DNA of 64,000 nucleotides from the NCBI GenBank assembly GCA_964016885.1, contig OZ024741.1, positions 188,852,001 through 188,916,000 of the forward strand. The letters are read 5' to 3'. The notes beneath the pieces are model-generated. The model was not told where the DNA came from. It worked only from the letters and a program-made list of their open reading frames with translations, and did not search any database. Positions 43,071 to 58,054 of this stretch are shown in pieces (position 1 is the first letter of the stretch; every line of letters begins with the position of its first letter). The DNA is from Eledone cirrhosa. Lineage: Eukaryota. A program made the position numbers and the translations under genes.

Positions 43071-43930
43071 GCCTATATTGCTCAAGATATAGCAAAAATA
43101 AATAGTAAAAATCTTAATTTGAACCAGCATATAATTAGCGATAACAATAATAATAATAATAATACATTAGTTAATTGGAATAACAATAATAATAGTTTAA
43201 ATACGAATAATAGTAGAACACCTCTAAATAATAATAATAATACGAATAGTTTAGGTTATAAAAATAACATTGAAATGAATTGTAACTGTAGAAGGAAATC
43301 TGAATGCCCCTTACAAAATAACTGCCTTGACAAAAATCTAGTGTATAAATGTACCATTAAGACTAATAATAATAATTGTTTCTACTTTTGGCACAAGGCC
43401 AGTAATTACCCAGTGCGTTACTGGTACTTTATTTTATCGACCCCGTAAGGATGAAAGGCAAAGTTTACCTCGGTGGGATTTGAACTCAGACGATAAAGGA
43501 CTGTAACTCTATTCTGCAAAGCATGGTGTCCAACTCTCTACCGATACTGCCAATCTAACACCCTCTAGACTAATAATAATAATACATATGACTACATTGG
43601 TGCCACTTCATCTAAGTTTAAGTTTCGCTTTTACAATCATAAACATTCTTTTTCTAATCCAGATAAAAAATGTTCTACATCACTCTCACAATTACTATGG
43701 TCTTTGAAGGAAACAAATATCAAATACTCAATTTCTTGGAGTAAGTTGAAGATTCTGATTCCTACTGAAATGCATCCATTTCACCGAATTGCAATCTTTG
43801 CAATTTAGAGAATCTATTGATAATTACAAACTATGGTAATTTAATTAATAAGAAAAATTAGTTATTTAGCAGCTGTCAACATAAATCTGGAAGAACTTTT
43901 CAAGCATTATACAAATTTTGAAAAAATATT
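43071..43930 (+). pseudogene. Second Penelope-like element, GIY-YIG fragment, interrupted by SINE A
   Basis: CNCRRKSECPLQNNCLDKNLVYKC...[SINE, TSD AGACTAATAATAATAAT]...YDYIGATSSKFKFRFYNHKHSF. Confidence 0.88.
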
Positions 43931-45070
43931 GACTATTAATAATTCTTAAAAAATTATATATATAACGTTTTGCCTTACCGGTAACAATTGTTTGTCGCTT
44001 TTATCTAGTAAATTAATCTCATGATGTGTCTCAGTATCCTATGTTTGGATTTAGAAAGGTCATTGTTTAACTAGAAATTTCTTGATTTGTGGTTTGAAAT
44101 ATCTTTTGGTTTTCAAAATACTTCTTCCTTTGTTTACATTCTTCGTAAATAATTTGGTTCTGACCGAATAGCTTGCTAAAGTATATTTAACATGATTTAT
44201 ACAGTTTAATAATATATGGTAATCCTTAAAGGGAAACTATATATAATAATAAGTAATTATGGAAGTAAATTAGAAATAATAAAACTTTTGAGAGTAAATA
44301 TAACTACAAATTAATCCTGTAATAAAATGACAATCAATAAATTAAAATGATTTTATAAAGAAAATAGAATAATTCAGATAATAAATTATCTTAATATAAT
44401 ATTTAATATATATACTGATGGTGATATATGCATATGTTTTAATAAATATCTTTATACATATTTAATAATTATTTAAATATGCTTTAAAGATAAAAATGTT
44501 TTTAAATGTTGTAACAAAATATTTAATTAATATATTACTTAATTAAACTATGTATCTGTTGGCTATAGAAAATATTTTCATATTTTTTATATTGTTTAAT
44601 TTTGATATAATATATTAGTATAATTAGCTTAAACATAACCAAAATACAAAAGCTATTAAAAATTTCATGTTATCTAATTGGTTGCCTCAATTTGACTTAA
44701 TATTTGAAAACAACGGTCTTTATACATATTCACATCATTTCTTTCTTTCTTTTTTGTCGTTATTTCTTCTTTCGTCTTCTCTCTTCTCTCTCTCTTCCTT
44801 TTTCCTTTTGTATATTTCTTCCCTAATACTTCTATTTACTCATTTAAATATTTATGTATGTATCTGTTTATTTATTTTCTTCTTGCATTTCCCCATATTC
44901 ACCCCCTCCATATACCCATATCTCGCTCCACATCCTCTTCTTCTTTAAATTTAAGTTTATCATCTTATTATTTGTGGTATATAAATGTTGAGATTTGTTG
45001 TAATAAATCACTGCCAATACTGGAATTGAACTATCAAGATCGTTGGGGTATGTCATACATCAATTCATGT

Positions 45071-45133
45071 ATTTTATCTGACGAGGACGTACTGAAAAAA
45101 CAGCACAGTACCTTCAAAATATATATAATAAAA
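45071..45133 (+). ncRNA. Degenerate hammerhead ribozyme related to 30970 and 46575
   Basis: attttat-CTGACGA-ggac gtactg..cagtac cttc-AAAAT-atat-ATA-ataaaa, with GAAA changed to AAAA. Confidence 0.62.
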
Positions 45134-45331
45134 CATATATTTTGATTATGTGAATGTCTTCATTTATTATTAGTCTGAATAATTGTTTCTACTTTAGGCA
45201 CAAGGCCAGCAATTACCCAGTGCATTATTAGTCTGAATAATAACTCCAGAAAACTTTTTCTATAGAGTGTTTTTAATCTATTGTAAAACTATATTCATTG
45301 AGTAATCAATGAACCATATTAATCTTTGGTC

Positions 45332-45393
<62 letters not shown>

Positions 45394-45406
45394 TATATAT
45401 ATTATA

Positions 45407-45437
<31 letters not shown>

Positions 45438-45796
45438 GATGGTATCCAATGATGTTGACTTGTTCTTCTTTTTGGTAAATGTCATCTTGGTTAAGAGAGT
45501 GGGACTGGCTTTGTGCAGTGCCTTTGCTCACTATAAAAGCTTCACGACACAGGCATTGCTTTATATCTGGAGATCTCTCTGCACTTGTCGTCACATGATA
45601 CCATGGGCCCAGCACTATGTGTCAATAATTGTCACAAGTGTAGTGTTTGTACCAGAGTTTTCAAGTCGCTGGCTGGACTAAAAAGTCACACTCGTTCAGC
45701 GCATCGGTAGGGGTTCTCCTACATGGATATAAAGTAGTGGCCGTACTCGAAAACGAGTTGGCAGCCACCATATATATATATGTATATATATATATG

Positions 45797-45827
<31 letters not shown>

Positions 45828-46574
45828 GTATATATGTATGTATATATATATATGTGTATATATATATGTATATAATATATTGTTTCTATTTTAGGCACAA
45901 GGCCAGCAATTACCCAGTACATTACTGGTACTTTATGAATTGCTTTCTGCGCTCATTTGTAAACAAACTATTTACATATATTATACATACATATTACTTT
46001 ACATAAAAACATAGTTAAACACTAACTAATTCCTCTAAATTCATAATTCATCCACTCTTCTATTTCTTTTCACAATATATCCTTAATTACATTACTATTT
46101 TTATTTTTAATAATACATATCAACAATTTCTTTCCATCGCACATATAATTAAACCCTTCAATATTCAAACGTTAACTTAATATTATTCTTAATACATATT
46201 AACAATTTCTTTTCATTACACATATTATTAAACCTTAATTTAACATTATTCTTAAATTTTTCTCTTCGTTAATTTTCAAATTCTTTTAATTTATATATTA
46301 TCTTCCAACGGTTTTTTAACCTCTCTCTGTAAAACAATATATTTTTCTCAGTTATAAAAGCTATCTCTCTCTCTATCACCCATCTCTCCTCCTATCTCAT
46401 CCTTCCTTATTATACTCTTCCCCTTCCATTCTTTACTCTCATCTCCTCTTTTACATCCCCCCCCCCCCCTCATTTTTTTTCCCAATATCACATCAATCTA
46501 AAATTACTTTTCATATGTTGATTTAAAACTGCACTATTCACAAGTGTTTTTTAACCTTCATATCATGTCTCCCT

Positions 46575-46643
46575 ATTTTATCTGACGAAAACGCAAATGT
46601 CATCGCATGATGATATTTGTTTTTGAAATGCGCATAATAAAAT
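46575..46643 (+). ncRNA. Type I hammerhead ribozyme
   Basis: attttat-CTGACGA-aaacgcaaatgtcatc gcat gatgatatttgttttt-GAAAT-gcgc-ATA-ataaaat. Stem I is perfect, stem II is long, stem III is the palindrome ATGCGCAT. Confidence 0.88.
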
Positions 46644-47221
46644 ACATGGAACTCTTTTAATCATCTTTGGATCTTATATATTATTTATACTCCAGTCCTA
46701 CAAACTGTAGAGTGCTACTTATCCGATATCTGCATTGCTTTATTGTACTACAATAAAACCTTTGGTAATGGAGTAGTTATATTTTGTGTTGTTCAATTTC
46801 TAATTAAATATATATATATATATGTATCCTCATCATCATCATCACCGTTTTACGTTTGTTCTTCCACGCTAGCATGAGTTAGACGGGTTGTCCTGTTGTG
46901 GGCAGTGTCTGGTCGGCTGACCTTGACTTGCTCATACTGGAACTGATTCTGGCTTGATTTCTACAGCTGGATGCCCTTCCTAACACCAACCTCATTTACA
47001 GTGTGGGCTGGGCGCTTTTTTGCCATGGCACCTCCACGACCACTTTGCAGGGGAATGATAGGGACCCCAGTCCTATCATCTCATTTCTACAGCTGAGTAA
47101 ACTGGAGAAATGTGAAATAACGTGTCTTGCTCAAGGAAACAACACATCACCCGGTCTGAGAATTGAATTCACAACCTTTCGATTGCAAGCCCAATGCTCT
47201 AACCACTAAGCCATGTATATA

Positions 47222-48517
47222 CAGAGTGTGGATGATATGTGCGCAAGATTGCTGTCTAGGAAAAAATAACACAGTAGTTTTATTTTTTAAGATATATTTA
47301 TCAAACTTGGGTCAGTTTGCCTTCATGACTTGTTCTTTCAATCTTACTCGATAAACCCGCCATTGGCTTTGATGACGGCGTCAAGGTGGCCTCGGAACCT
47401 GCTACAGGCCTTCGTCACTGTCCCCCGACTTAGGCCCCTAAAGGCACTTGTGATCCTGGCCTTCAGATCGTCTTTCATATTGCAGCTAGATCTGTTGGTG
47501 TCTCGTCCCACTGCGCCCCACACAAAGAAGTCGAGGGGTTTGCAGTCAGGCGAGCTGGGAGGCCATATGTCAGGTGAAGTGTGGTCGATGAAGTTCTCTG
47601 ACAGCCAGGCTTGGGTCTTTCGGCTGATATGGTAGGGCGCTGAGTCTTGCTGCCACACATATGGCCTATCTGCAGCTACCTGGTTGATACAGGGCTTTAC
47701 TACCTCACTCAGAACGCGGATGTAGCCATCGGTGTTCAGCTTGAGGCCCTCAGGGAAGAAGTGAGGTGACATGACGTCACCTTCACTGCTGACGACACCT
47801 AAGACCAATGTTGTCGCTGGAAACTTTGTCTGCATGACTCTGGGTAATGAGACAACGAGCCACCTGTTGTTCTGGGAGTTGATCTTCTGGTCTTGGCAGA
47901 AGTTTTTCTCGTCGGAGAAAAACCACAGCATGTCTGACTCCAGTGGGTGTTTCAACTTGTTGATCAGCTTCTTTGCGTGCTTCAGTCGCTTTTCTTGCAT
48001 CGCCTTTGACAGAAATTGTCCTTTCCTCATCTTCTATGAAACGTAGCGAATGTCTTCATGTACCACCAGCCTAATGAGCTTTTCATCCATGCCTTTCTCC
48101 CTTGCAATGGCACGCATCGACTTGCTAGGTTCATTGTTGATGATATCCTGAACTTCAGCGACGAACTCGGGCGTTCTGAAGGCGTCGGATCATCGATCAT
48201 GTGTTTTCCTCTCTGATGTTGCTTCATAGTCGAATCCTGAATCTTCCAATTCCTTTCTGACCTTTTCCACCATTCTCCTGTTGACGCTGAGAAAGTCTGA
48301 AATTTCCTTATTTGTCCTCCCGGCGTGGATTCCAAAAGGAAATCCGTATGTCTTCCACAAATTTGGAGGTTCAAAATTATTTATAATCAATTATTCTGAG
48401 AATAAATAATGGAAATATAGTCACTGTTTTTATGAAGACAAGAGTGACAACGGAAGTAAAAAAAATTTGCATAAAATTAGCAGTTGAAAATTGCGAACAA
48501 ATATCGTCCACACCCTG
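47222..48517 (-). mobile_element. Tc1/mariner-superfamily DNA transposon, DD37D (maT) family, frameshifted transposase at about 47344-48390
   Basis: Imperfect TIRs CAG(A/G)GTGTGGA(T/C)GATAT, TA on both sides, motifs FSDEK, QQDSAP and SPDCKPLD with 37 residues between the second and third D. Confidence 0.93.
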
Positions 48518-49537
48518 TATATATATATATGTAAGTATACCGCACTTCTGCACACACATACACACATTCCACACACACATACAGACCATCCCTACCACTC
48601 GTCCGTCTGCTCTCCACCTTACTGCTATCATCCCTACCACTCGCCTGTCTGTCACTCTCCTACTGCTATCTCCTCTCTCTCGCATCCTTTGCCGTGCCTT
48701 CTCCACTGCCTACCTTGACCTTCTTGACCACTTCCTGTAGCGCGCGCACCCCACAATTCTCTACTTCCTCTGCACCATTCCACGGATTCTACACCACTGG
48801 TCACATGCTCTAGACATCCACCCTTTTATACTCGGATTTTTCATCATCTCTTCATACACTCCCCGGGAAAACATTCAGGAACACACACACACACACACAA
48901 ACACTTACACTATTTTCGCACACATGCAACCATACGTTCCCACATATCCACACCACACAAAAACTCACACACACACGTGTGTGTATCCTCACATACACAT
49001 ACTCGGCCTCCGAACTCGGCACACCCCCTCTGACTCCTCTCCATCCACACGCACACACACACACACACTGACTTACACCCCACCCCCATGTACACTGGTT
49101 TTCCTATTACCCGAACATGGAACCTCGTTCTTCCCCAAACTCTCACACTCACATCCACACACACATATACACCTACGCACGTACACACACCACCTTCCAC
49201 CCTCCCCGCTCGGATCTCTTGTCCCCCCCCTCCATCCACGCACCACCACCTCTACACACCACACACCCTTTCACCATTGTTTCATTTTAATTTTTTTACC
49301 GTCTTTTTAATTTTTTTCCCTTTCCCTTAATTCCCTCCCCCTTTTAATGAATTTCCACCACTCCCACTCACACCCTCAGAACTCTTTTCCTTCCCACTTT
49401 TCTCTTGACACATCGTCTCCCACCCCCCACTCTCAAGCGTGAACCTAATACTAACACTTTGTACTGCACTCTTCATTATTGTTTTTGTTTTCTGTTTTAA
49501 CCTATATATATATGTATATATATATATGTATATATGT

Positions 49538-51565
49538 CATCATCATCATCATCTTCGTTTAACGTCCATTTTCCACGCTAGCATGGGTTAGACGGGAGTT
49601 GTCCGACTTGAAGCAAGGTTGGTTGGGTGACCATGTCTCGCTCATATAGGACTATCTGGCAGGTTTTCTACGGCTGGATGCCCTTCCTAACACCAACCAC
49701 ATTTACAGTGTGGAACTGGGAACTTTTTACAGTGTTACCTACATGGCCACATTACAGCGTGGACTGTGTGTTTTTTCTTGTGACACCTACACGATCTCGA
49801 TCGCGATCTCATTTATCTCATTTATTTGGACTGGATGTTGTGGTACCAACTTTATAGAGAGAGGGTGGTGTTGGTGGGAGTGGGAGGATAGGGTAGGGGT
49901 AGTGGATTGGGGTGTATATTTGGTTAAGAGGTGCCTACTGACTGTATGTTTTGCTTTGTACATAGGCAAGGCGGGTCTTCTGTATTACTGCGTAGTGCCA
50001 AAGATCTCGGTCCAGGGACATTGTCTTAGAGAGGTGCAAGTGTGTAAGGTCATACCAACGTAGTCTTCTCTCGAGTAAACAGCATCTGATCCCTCTTATT
50101 CCTAATTTCTCACTTAGTTCATTTATGCTTTGCCGTTCACATATATTACTATTACACATCCAACGGAGCATGCAAGCTTCGTTCCTGTCCAGTCTACACA
50201 GGTCCTCTGCACGCAATGCCCATGTCTCACTGCCATGTAGCATTGCTGTTCGTATACAGGCATCATACAATCTGCCTTTCATTTTTAGAGAGAAACCTTT
50301 TGTGGCCAACAGCGGTATAAGCTCTCTGAACTTTTTCCATCCCGTTCTGACTCTGGCTACTGTACTTTCAGAACACCCTCCACCACTGCTGATTTCGTCA
50401 CCCAGGTAACGGAAAGTGTCTACTATTTCTATAGAACCATCTGGGCAATAGAAGGGGCTTGTATCCTGTGGACACTTGCTACTTATTGAACCTGAGCATC
50501 GGCCACATATAAAGTCTATGTTCTTAGATAGTTTACCTGTGATCCCCTACATCTTTTATGTACCCATACTTTGCATTTGGGACATAAAATTGAATTTCTG
50601 CCTACTCCTTTCCTACACACTGAGCAAGGCCATTTCCCTGAGGGTACCTGTGCCTTATTTTCCTTTCTACAAACTAGGACTTTAGTCTTAGACAAGTTAA
50701 CTTTAAGGCTTTTTGATTCTAGGTCATGCTTCCATGTTTGGAATTTCTTTTCTAGTTCAGACATTGATTCAGCTATGAGCGTTAGATCATCAGCGTATAG
50801 GAGTTCCCATGGGCAGCCGGTCTTGAACTCCTCTGTTATAGCCTGATGGGCAATAATAAATAGGAGGGGGCTAAGGACAGAGCCTTGGTGAACACCAACT
50901 TTTACACTAAATTCTTCACAATATTCATTGTTAATTCTAACCTTGCTGACTGTTTCATTATACATAGCTTGTATAGCTCTCACAAGCCATTCATCTACAC
51001 CTAGTTTTCTAAGACCCCACCAGATAATGGAGCGGGGGACTCTGTGAAAGGCTTTTTCCAGGTCTACAAAAGCTAAGTAGAGGGGTTTACTTTTAGCTAG
51101 GTACTTCTCCTGTAGTTGTCGTACAAGGAAAAGAGCGCCTGTTGTACTTTTACCTGACACAAACCCGAACTGCATTTCATCTAGATCAATTCTCTCTCTG
51201 ATTAGTTGCGCTATTACTTTTTCCGTGACCTTCATGACCTGGTAAACTAACTTAATGCCTCTATAGTAGCAGTTAATGATGATGCTGCTACGCCAGTCTT
51301 TTGGTATGACCCCATTCTGTATTACTTGGTTAACTATACGGGTGACCATAGTATGTCCCACCATTCCAGATGCCTTCAACATCTCAGCAACTATCTCCGA
51401 AGGCCCAGCTGCCTTGCCTGTCTTTATATCTTTGATTGCTTTACTTATTATACTACCTTTAACTTGCACCACTGGTCCTTCTATTGGATCGATTTGGGGC
51501 AGACTATCTTTTTCCCACTTATTCTCCTCATTTAATAGTTTCTCGTAGTGACACTTCCAGGCTAT
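49538..51565 (-). mobile_element. 5'-truncated RTE LINE (RT domain, 3' UTR, (GAT)n tail)
   Basis: 318-aa ORF with FVDLEKAF, GVHQGSVLSP and YADD. A sister subfamily of 18440-20795. Confidence 0.95.
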
Positions 51566-51789
51566 CTTCTTATCAGTATTATACTACCAAAATTAAAGAT
51601 GCCATGTCTGAGAATATCAGAAACATGCGCCATATCCCCCGTGGAATAAGCTCAAAGATTCCAAGTAATAAATCCGAGCATTTATTAACATTAAATTAAA
51701 AGTCGATTGACATATATATATATATAAAATAAACACATCAAACAATTACAATTACAATTAATTGTTTTCTTGTGTTTATTATATATATA

Positions 51790-53357
51790 CTAGCAGAAAA
51801 ACCACCTGAAGGGTAGTTTCCTGCTAGCATGTGTAGTGTGCATATTGATATTATACGCAAATATTATATGCAGTTAGATATGATACGTCAAATGAAATTT
51901 TAATTGACAATATACACAGAAATTGAACGAAGACTGTGTTACACTGTCTTCTGTAATCAGTAAAGTAATCCATGATAGATTAAAAAAGATGATATTATAT
52001 ATAAACTGCATTACGATGAAATGTAATGAAAACGAAAATGTAGAAACTTAGCAGTATAAATATTATGATATAACGATGCAAATATATGAATGTTTATATA
52101 AGCGATATGTGATATAGCGTCCATTATATCATAACCGGAAGTTTTGACATTTGGAAAGTGAATCTTAAAATAAGCAATCATTATATATAAGAATATTTAT
52201 ATTTAATCAAGAGTTACGAAATTTAGTACATAAATTATATAATATTCATTCATTATTTATGTGGATTGGCAGTATCGGTAGAGGGTCGGACGCCATGCTT
52301 TCCAGCATAGTTACGTCCCTTTACGATCTGAGTTCAAATCCCGCCGAGGTTGACTTTGCCTTTCATCCTTACGGGGTCGATAAAATAAAGTACCAGTAAT
52401 GCACTGGGTAATTGCTGGCCTTGTGCCTAAAGTAGAAACAATTATTTATTCAAAATAATCTAACTTAATTTACTAACAGGATTAAGAAATATAAAACAGA
52501 TGCTATCCCACACTCCTCCATTTATTATAGTATAGACTATCAGAATGGTCTGGCGTTGCTTGGGATCCTAAACATAGATTGGCATGTTTATCTCTCCTTT
52601 CTGAAACAGTTTCATCGTATGTTCACCAATTGATGCAGAAGTCCTAATAAAAAGTGAAGTTGCCTTGGGTGAATAGGCAAATAATTTCCATTAAGATTTT
52701 TCAGAAGCATGTAATTGCGTTCCCTGTCATTTTTGTTGTTGTTTTTGCTGCTGTTGGTGTCATAGCAGCCGTTGGTCGTACTACTAACACAGTCTCGTCC
52801 TTCTTCAGCCAATCATCCCCTTCTGCCCCGTCAGCAATGAGAACAATATTTGCTCTAGGGTTCTTATATATTTGATATATATTTATCCTTATTGAACCTC
52901 GTGAAATAAATACATTTGTTTATATTTTGTTATTGTGTATGCAAAAATATCTGTACACGAATATATAATTATATATATTAAAATAACAGATTAAAGTTTA
53001 AGTGAAGAATCGCTGTGTTCACCCTTAACGGGATCTTCTGAAACTAAAAAAAATCAATCTGTGAACGCAGAACTAAATATTTTGAACAACGTTACACACT
53101 ATATATACACACACACACAGATCGTGTCATAATGTTGTAATGCAGACAGCCAGACATACATACAGATATTATAAGGGTGCAATGTTATAGTTATCTAATG
53201 CGGTCCCTAGGGCATGGAAAATTTGAAATATTCTTTGCTCGAAACACTCACACGACCATAAGTATTACATGTGTAAAGTTTGAAAAAGATTGGTTGGGTG
53301 GTTCTCGAGTTTTAGGGAGTCAGACAGACAGACATTCTCTGTTTTAGATATAGAGAT
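51790..53357 (-). mobile_element. Two adjacent non-autonomous Helitrons (51790-52535 and 52537-53357); the second is related to the 27087 element
   Basis: CTAG end with hairpin at 51790, degenerate end at about 52538, 5' TCTCTATATCTAAAACAGAGAATGTCTGTCTG, and blocks shared with 27090-28275. Confidence 0.7.
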
Positions 53358-53384
53358 ATGAAAATTGTCTTTTAATTTAATGTC

Positions 53385-53420
<36 letters not shown>

Positions 53421-53439
53421 ATATATGTATATATATATG

Positions 53440-53536
<97 letters not shown>

Positions 53537-53765
53537 GTGTATATATATGTATATATATCTATATATATGTATATATGTATGTATATATATATATATATAA
53601 ATATGTATGTATATGTATATGTATGTATATATATATATACGTGTGTATACATATATGTATGTTTATATATATATATGTATATATATATGTTTATATATAT
53701 ATATGTATATATATATGTATATATATATGTATATATATATGTATATATATATGTATATATATGTA

Positions 53766-54774
53766 TAGGGTACACAAGAGATGTAGCGGGATCTCAGGAA
53801 GCTTAACTATGAATGTAGGCTTCACATGCAGCAGCTGTGCTGGGACAGCAAGCAGTAAACAGCCACAGGAAACAAGTACCACCAATCTCTGGGAGGGCTC
53901 TGTAAAAACAGTAGACAGCTTCTGCTACCTAGGTGACCGAATTAGCAGTGGAGGTGGGTGTTCGGAAAGTACAATAACTAGGGTAAGAACGGGATGGAAG
54001 AAGTTTAGGGAACTACTGCCACTGCTAGCTGCAAAAGGCTTTTCCCTCAATATGAAAGGCAGACTGTATGATGCGTGCATACGAACAGCAATGTTACATG
54101 GTAGTGAAATCGGCGCTGAAGGTGGAAGACTTACGTAGATTAGAAAGAAACAAAGCCTGCATGCTCCGATGGATGTGTAATAGTAATATACGCGAACGGC
54201 AAAGCATAAATGAATTGAGAGAGAGACTGAGCATAAGACGAATCAAATGCAGTGTGCAGGAATGGCGGTTGCATTGGTATGGACATGAGATGCGTATGAA
54301 GGATAACAGCTGTATAAAAAGGTGCAGAGCACTAGAAGTCGATGGAAACCGCAGAGTGGGGAGACCCAAGAAGACCTGGGATGAGGTGATAAAAGCCGAC
54401 CTCACCCAATTACACCTCTCAAAGGCAATGACACACGAACGTGACCTCTGGTGTCGCGCAGTAATACAGAAGACCTGACCCCCCCCCCCCCCACGGGTAG
54501 AAGCCGAAGCTGAAGCATATAGACAATATGCCCCCACACTCTCCCACTGCAAAGTGGTCGTGGAGGTACCAGCCACGGCCAAAAAGCACCCAGCCCACAC
54601 TGTAAATGAGGTTGGTGTTAGGAAGGGCACCCAGCTGTAGAAATCAAGCTAGAATCAGTTCCCGTATGAGCAAGACAAGGTCAGCCGACCGGACACTGCC
54701 CACAACAGGACAACGCGTCTAACCCATGCTAGCGTGGAAGAACAGACGTAAAATGGTGATGATGATGATGATGA

Positions 54775-54775
<1 letters not shown>
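53766..54775 (+). mobile_element. RTE LINE 3' fragment
   Basis: [10 protein letters not shown]...FCYLGD...[10 protein letters not shown], highly similar to the reverse complement of 18440-19465. Confidence 0.93.
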
Positions 54776-54835
<60 letters not shown>

Positions 54836-54879
54836 ATATATACATGTATATATATATATATATATATGTATGTATATAT

Positions 54880-54924
<45 letters not shown>

Positions 54925-55292
54925 ATGGAGGCACATGGCTTAGTGGTTAGAGCATTGGCCTTGCAATCAAAAGGTTGTGAGTTCAATTCTCAGACTGGGT
55001 GATGTGTTGTTTCCTTGAGCAAGACACTTTATTTCTCATTGCTCCAGTTTACTCAGCTGTAGAAATGAGATGATAGGGACTGGGATCCCTATCATTCCAC
55101 TGCAAACTGGTTGTGGAAGTGCCACGGCAAAAAAGCACCCAGCACTCACTGTAAATGAGATTGGTGTTAGGAAGGGCATCCAACTGTAGAAATCAAGCCA
55201 GAATCAGTTCCCGTCCCACCCTTGTAAGCAGGGAAAAAGCGGACGTAAAAATGAAATGATGATGAAATGATATATATATATATATATATATA

Positions 55293-57850
55293 ATCTCATC
55301 CCAGGTCTTCTTGGGTCTCCCCACTCCACGGCTTCCATTGACTTCTACTGCTTTGCACCTTTTTATGCAGCTGTCATCCTTCATACGCATCTCATGTCCA
55401 TACCAACGCAACCGCCTCTCCTGCACACAGTATTTGATTCCTCTTATGCTCAGTCTCTCTCTCAATTCATTTATGCTTTGCCGTTCGCGTATTACACATC
55501 CATCGGAGCATGCAGGCTTCGTTTCTTTCTAATATACGCAAGTCTTCTACAGACAGTGCCCAGGTCTCACTACCATGTAACATTGCTGTTTGTATACACG
55601 CATCATACAGTCTGCCTTTCCTTTTGAGGGAAAAGCCTTTTGCAGCTAGCAGTGGCAGTAGCTCCCTGAACTTCTTCCATCCCGTCCTTACGCTGGTTAT
55701 TAATTCGGTCACCTAGGTAGCAGAAGCTGTCTACTGTTTCTACAGAGCCCTCCCAGAGTTTGGTGGTGCTTGTTTCCTGTGGCTGCTTGCTGCTTGCTGT
55801 CCCAGCGCATCTGCTACATGTGAAGCCTACATTCTTAGTTAAGCTTCCTGAGATCCCACTACATCTCTTGTGTACCAATTGTTTGCATTTGGGGCAGAGG
55901 ATGGAGTTCCTACCTACACCTTTCCTACATACTGAGCAAGGCCATTTCCCTGAGGGGATCTGGGTTCTGATTTCTCGTCTACTTACAAGGACCTTCGTCT
56001 TTGTCATGTTGACTTTGAGACCTATAACAAAATACTGGTGTGTATGAATATAACAAGAGACGTGGTTCGTGTGTATAAAGTTTAATTAACAAGTTGCAGT
56101 TATGTAGAACAGAATGGTTGACAAGTCAATGAAAGTAGATGAAAGAATGAAGTAAAGTTATTTGTTACCGTTTTGAAGTTAGCTCGCAAGAGACCATGTT
56201 AGGGTTGCCAGACGAACGCGCCTGGCCGAAGGGCCAGGCAGGTTAGAAGGCCAGGAGCCGAAAGGCAAATGAGAGAGAGAGAGCTGAAAGTTATTCCCTT
56301 TATAAGTCCTGGGGTGGAAGTGACAAAAAGGACTCTGCCACCTTAACGGGAAGCAACTCCAGCTACTTCCTGTCTAGAGAGCGTTCCTCTATTGGTGATG
56401 TCATCAACACAAGGGAGGCAACTCTTGCTACATTATCTCCCGCCAGATTTTAAAAACATAAAAATCGAATGAAACATGTATGGAGTAAGATGGCGAGCAT
56501 GTAACAGGCATGAAAATTACGAAAAAAATAATGTTTGCAATAAAAGGAAAACAGCAAAATATATGCATGCAAAAATCAATGATAGATATCAAGGTAGCCA
56601 ACCACTCTTGGCCAGAGAACGACTGGACATCTATCTATCTATCACTCAAAGATACAATGTAATCAAAGTAAAAGAAGAGGTCAAAGTTCAAATGTTCAAA
56701 ATACAGTTCACAGGTGTGCAATCACATGACAGCAGGAAAGAAAGTGTGTTCCAGAGAATGAATGCAGGTGGTTTCTGGTCTGTGGTATAACGTGAAATTT
56801 CCAACCTCCGAAGGGATTTTCTCACAGGAAGAGTGCTGCAAAAATAAATTCTCTGGCTTGTTCTGCTGGTTTTAGTTGTTGATGAAGCTGTGTTGTTGTT
56901 GATGTTGTCTTGCGGAGTGAGCGTATTCGATGTTTAAATTCACAGTAAAAATTTTCCCAGAAAAAATAAGTTGCGCAAAGTGCTAGAAATAACAGCCAAA
57001 GTTGATTGTCGATGTTGAGAATGCGTTGACCTGGAAGGGTCAAGAGGCCAGCGACCAAAGAAATAAGCATTCTGAATAAATGCGCAGTTTTCAACGACAA
57101 ATTTACGTGGTAAATTTTTAAACCGGCAAATAGGAGAATATAGCTTAAGGCTGGAGAATCCTTGGCAAGAAACCATGTGGTATCTCAGTGAGTCGAGATG
57201 TGTGCTGCCCACACGTGCCGAAAGAAGGTTGTTGGCAGCCATTTTGAAAAACTTGTGTGTGAACATGATAGTATGATGAAACAGAAAGCAACTCCAGCTA
57301 CTTCCTGTCTAGAGAGCGTTACTCTATTGGTGATGTCATCATCACAACAAGGGAGGCAACACTTGCTACAGACCCTTTCTTTCTAGTCTCTGCTTCCATG
57401 TTTGGAATTTCTTCTCTAGTTCTACCATAGATTCAGCTATAAGTGTGAGGTCATCTGCATACAGGAGTTCCCATGGGCATTCGGTCCTAAACACTACGTC
57501 ATTGCCTGAAAAACTATGATGAACAGGAGAGGGCTAAGAACAGAGCCCTGGTGGACACCGACCTGTATGCTAAATTCCTCACTATAGTCATTGCTAATCC
57601 TAACTTTGCTGACTGCTCCCCTATACATGGCTTGTACAGCTTTCACAAGCCATTCATCTACTCCTAGTTTTCTAAGAGTCCATCAGATTATAGCATGGGG
57701 GACTCTGTCAAAGGCTTTCTCCAGATCGATGAATGCCAGGTACAGTGGCTTACTTTTAGCTAGGTACTTTTCCTGTAATTGCCTGACAAGGAAGAGGGCA
57801 TCAGTGGTGCCTTTTCCTGGCACAAACCCAAATTGTATCTCATCTAGTTT
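55293..57850 (-). mobile_element. RTE LINE fragment split by an LTR-element insertion
   Basis: RT sequence is contiguous across 56022/57371. Confidence 0.92.
56023..57370 (-). mobile_element. Internally deleted LTR retrotransposon (3' LTR 56023-56432, 5' LTR remnant 57285-57370)
   Basis: 4-bp TSD GACC. The minus strand begins TGTAGC, a direct repeat of about 85 bp is present, and a purine tract GGCGGGAGATAA precedes the 3' LTR. Confidence 0.82.
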
Positions 57851-57874
57851 CATATTATATATATATATACATAC

Positions 57875-57923
<49 letters not shown>

Positions 57924-57928
57924 CACAT

Positions 57929-57980
<52 letters not shown>

Positions 57981-58054
57981 CGAAGGATGTGTGGTAAGGA
58001 ACCAGAAATAGCTGTCGAAACGGCTTGAGCTCTGCCTTCGGGGTCAAAAATGTT

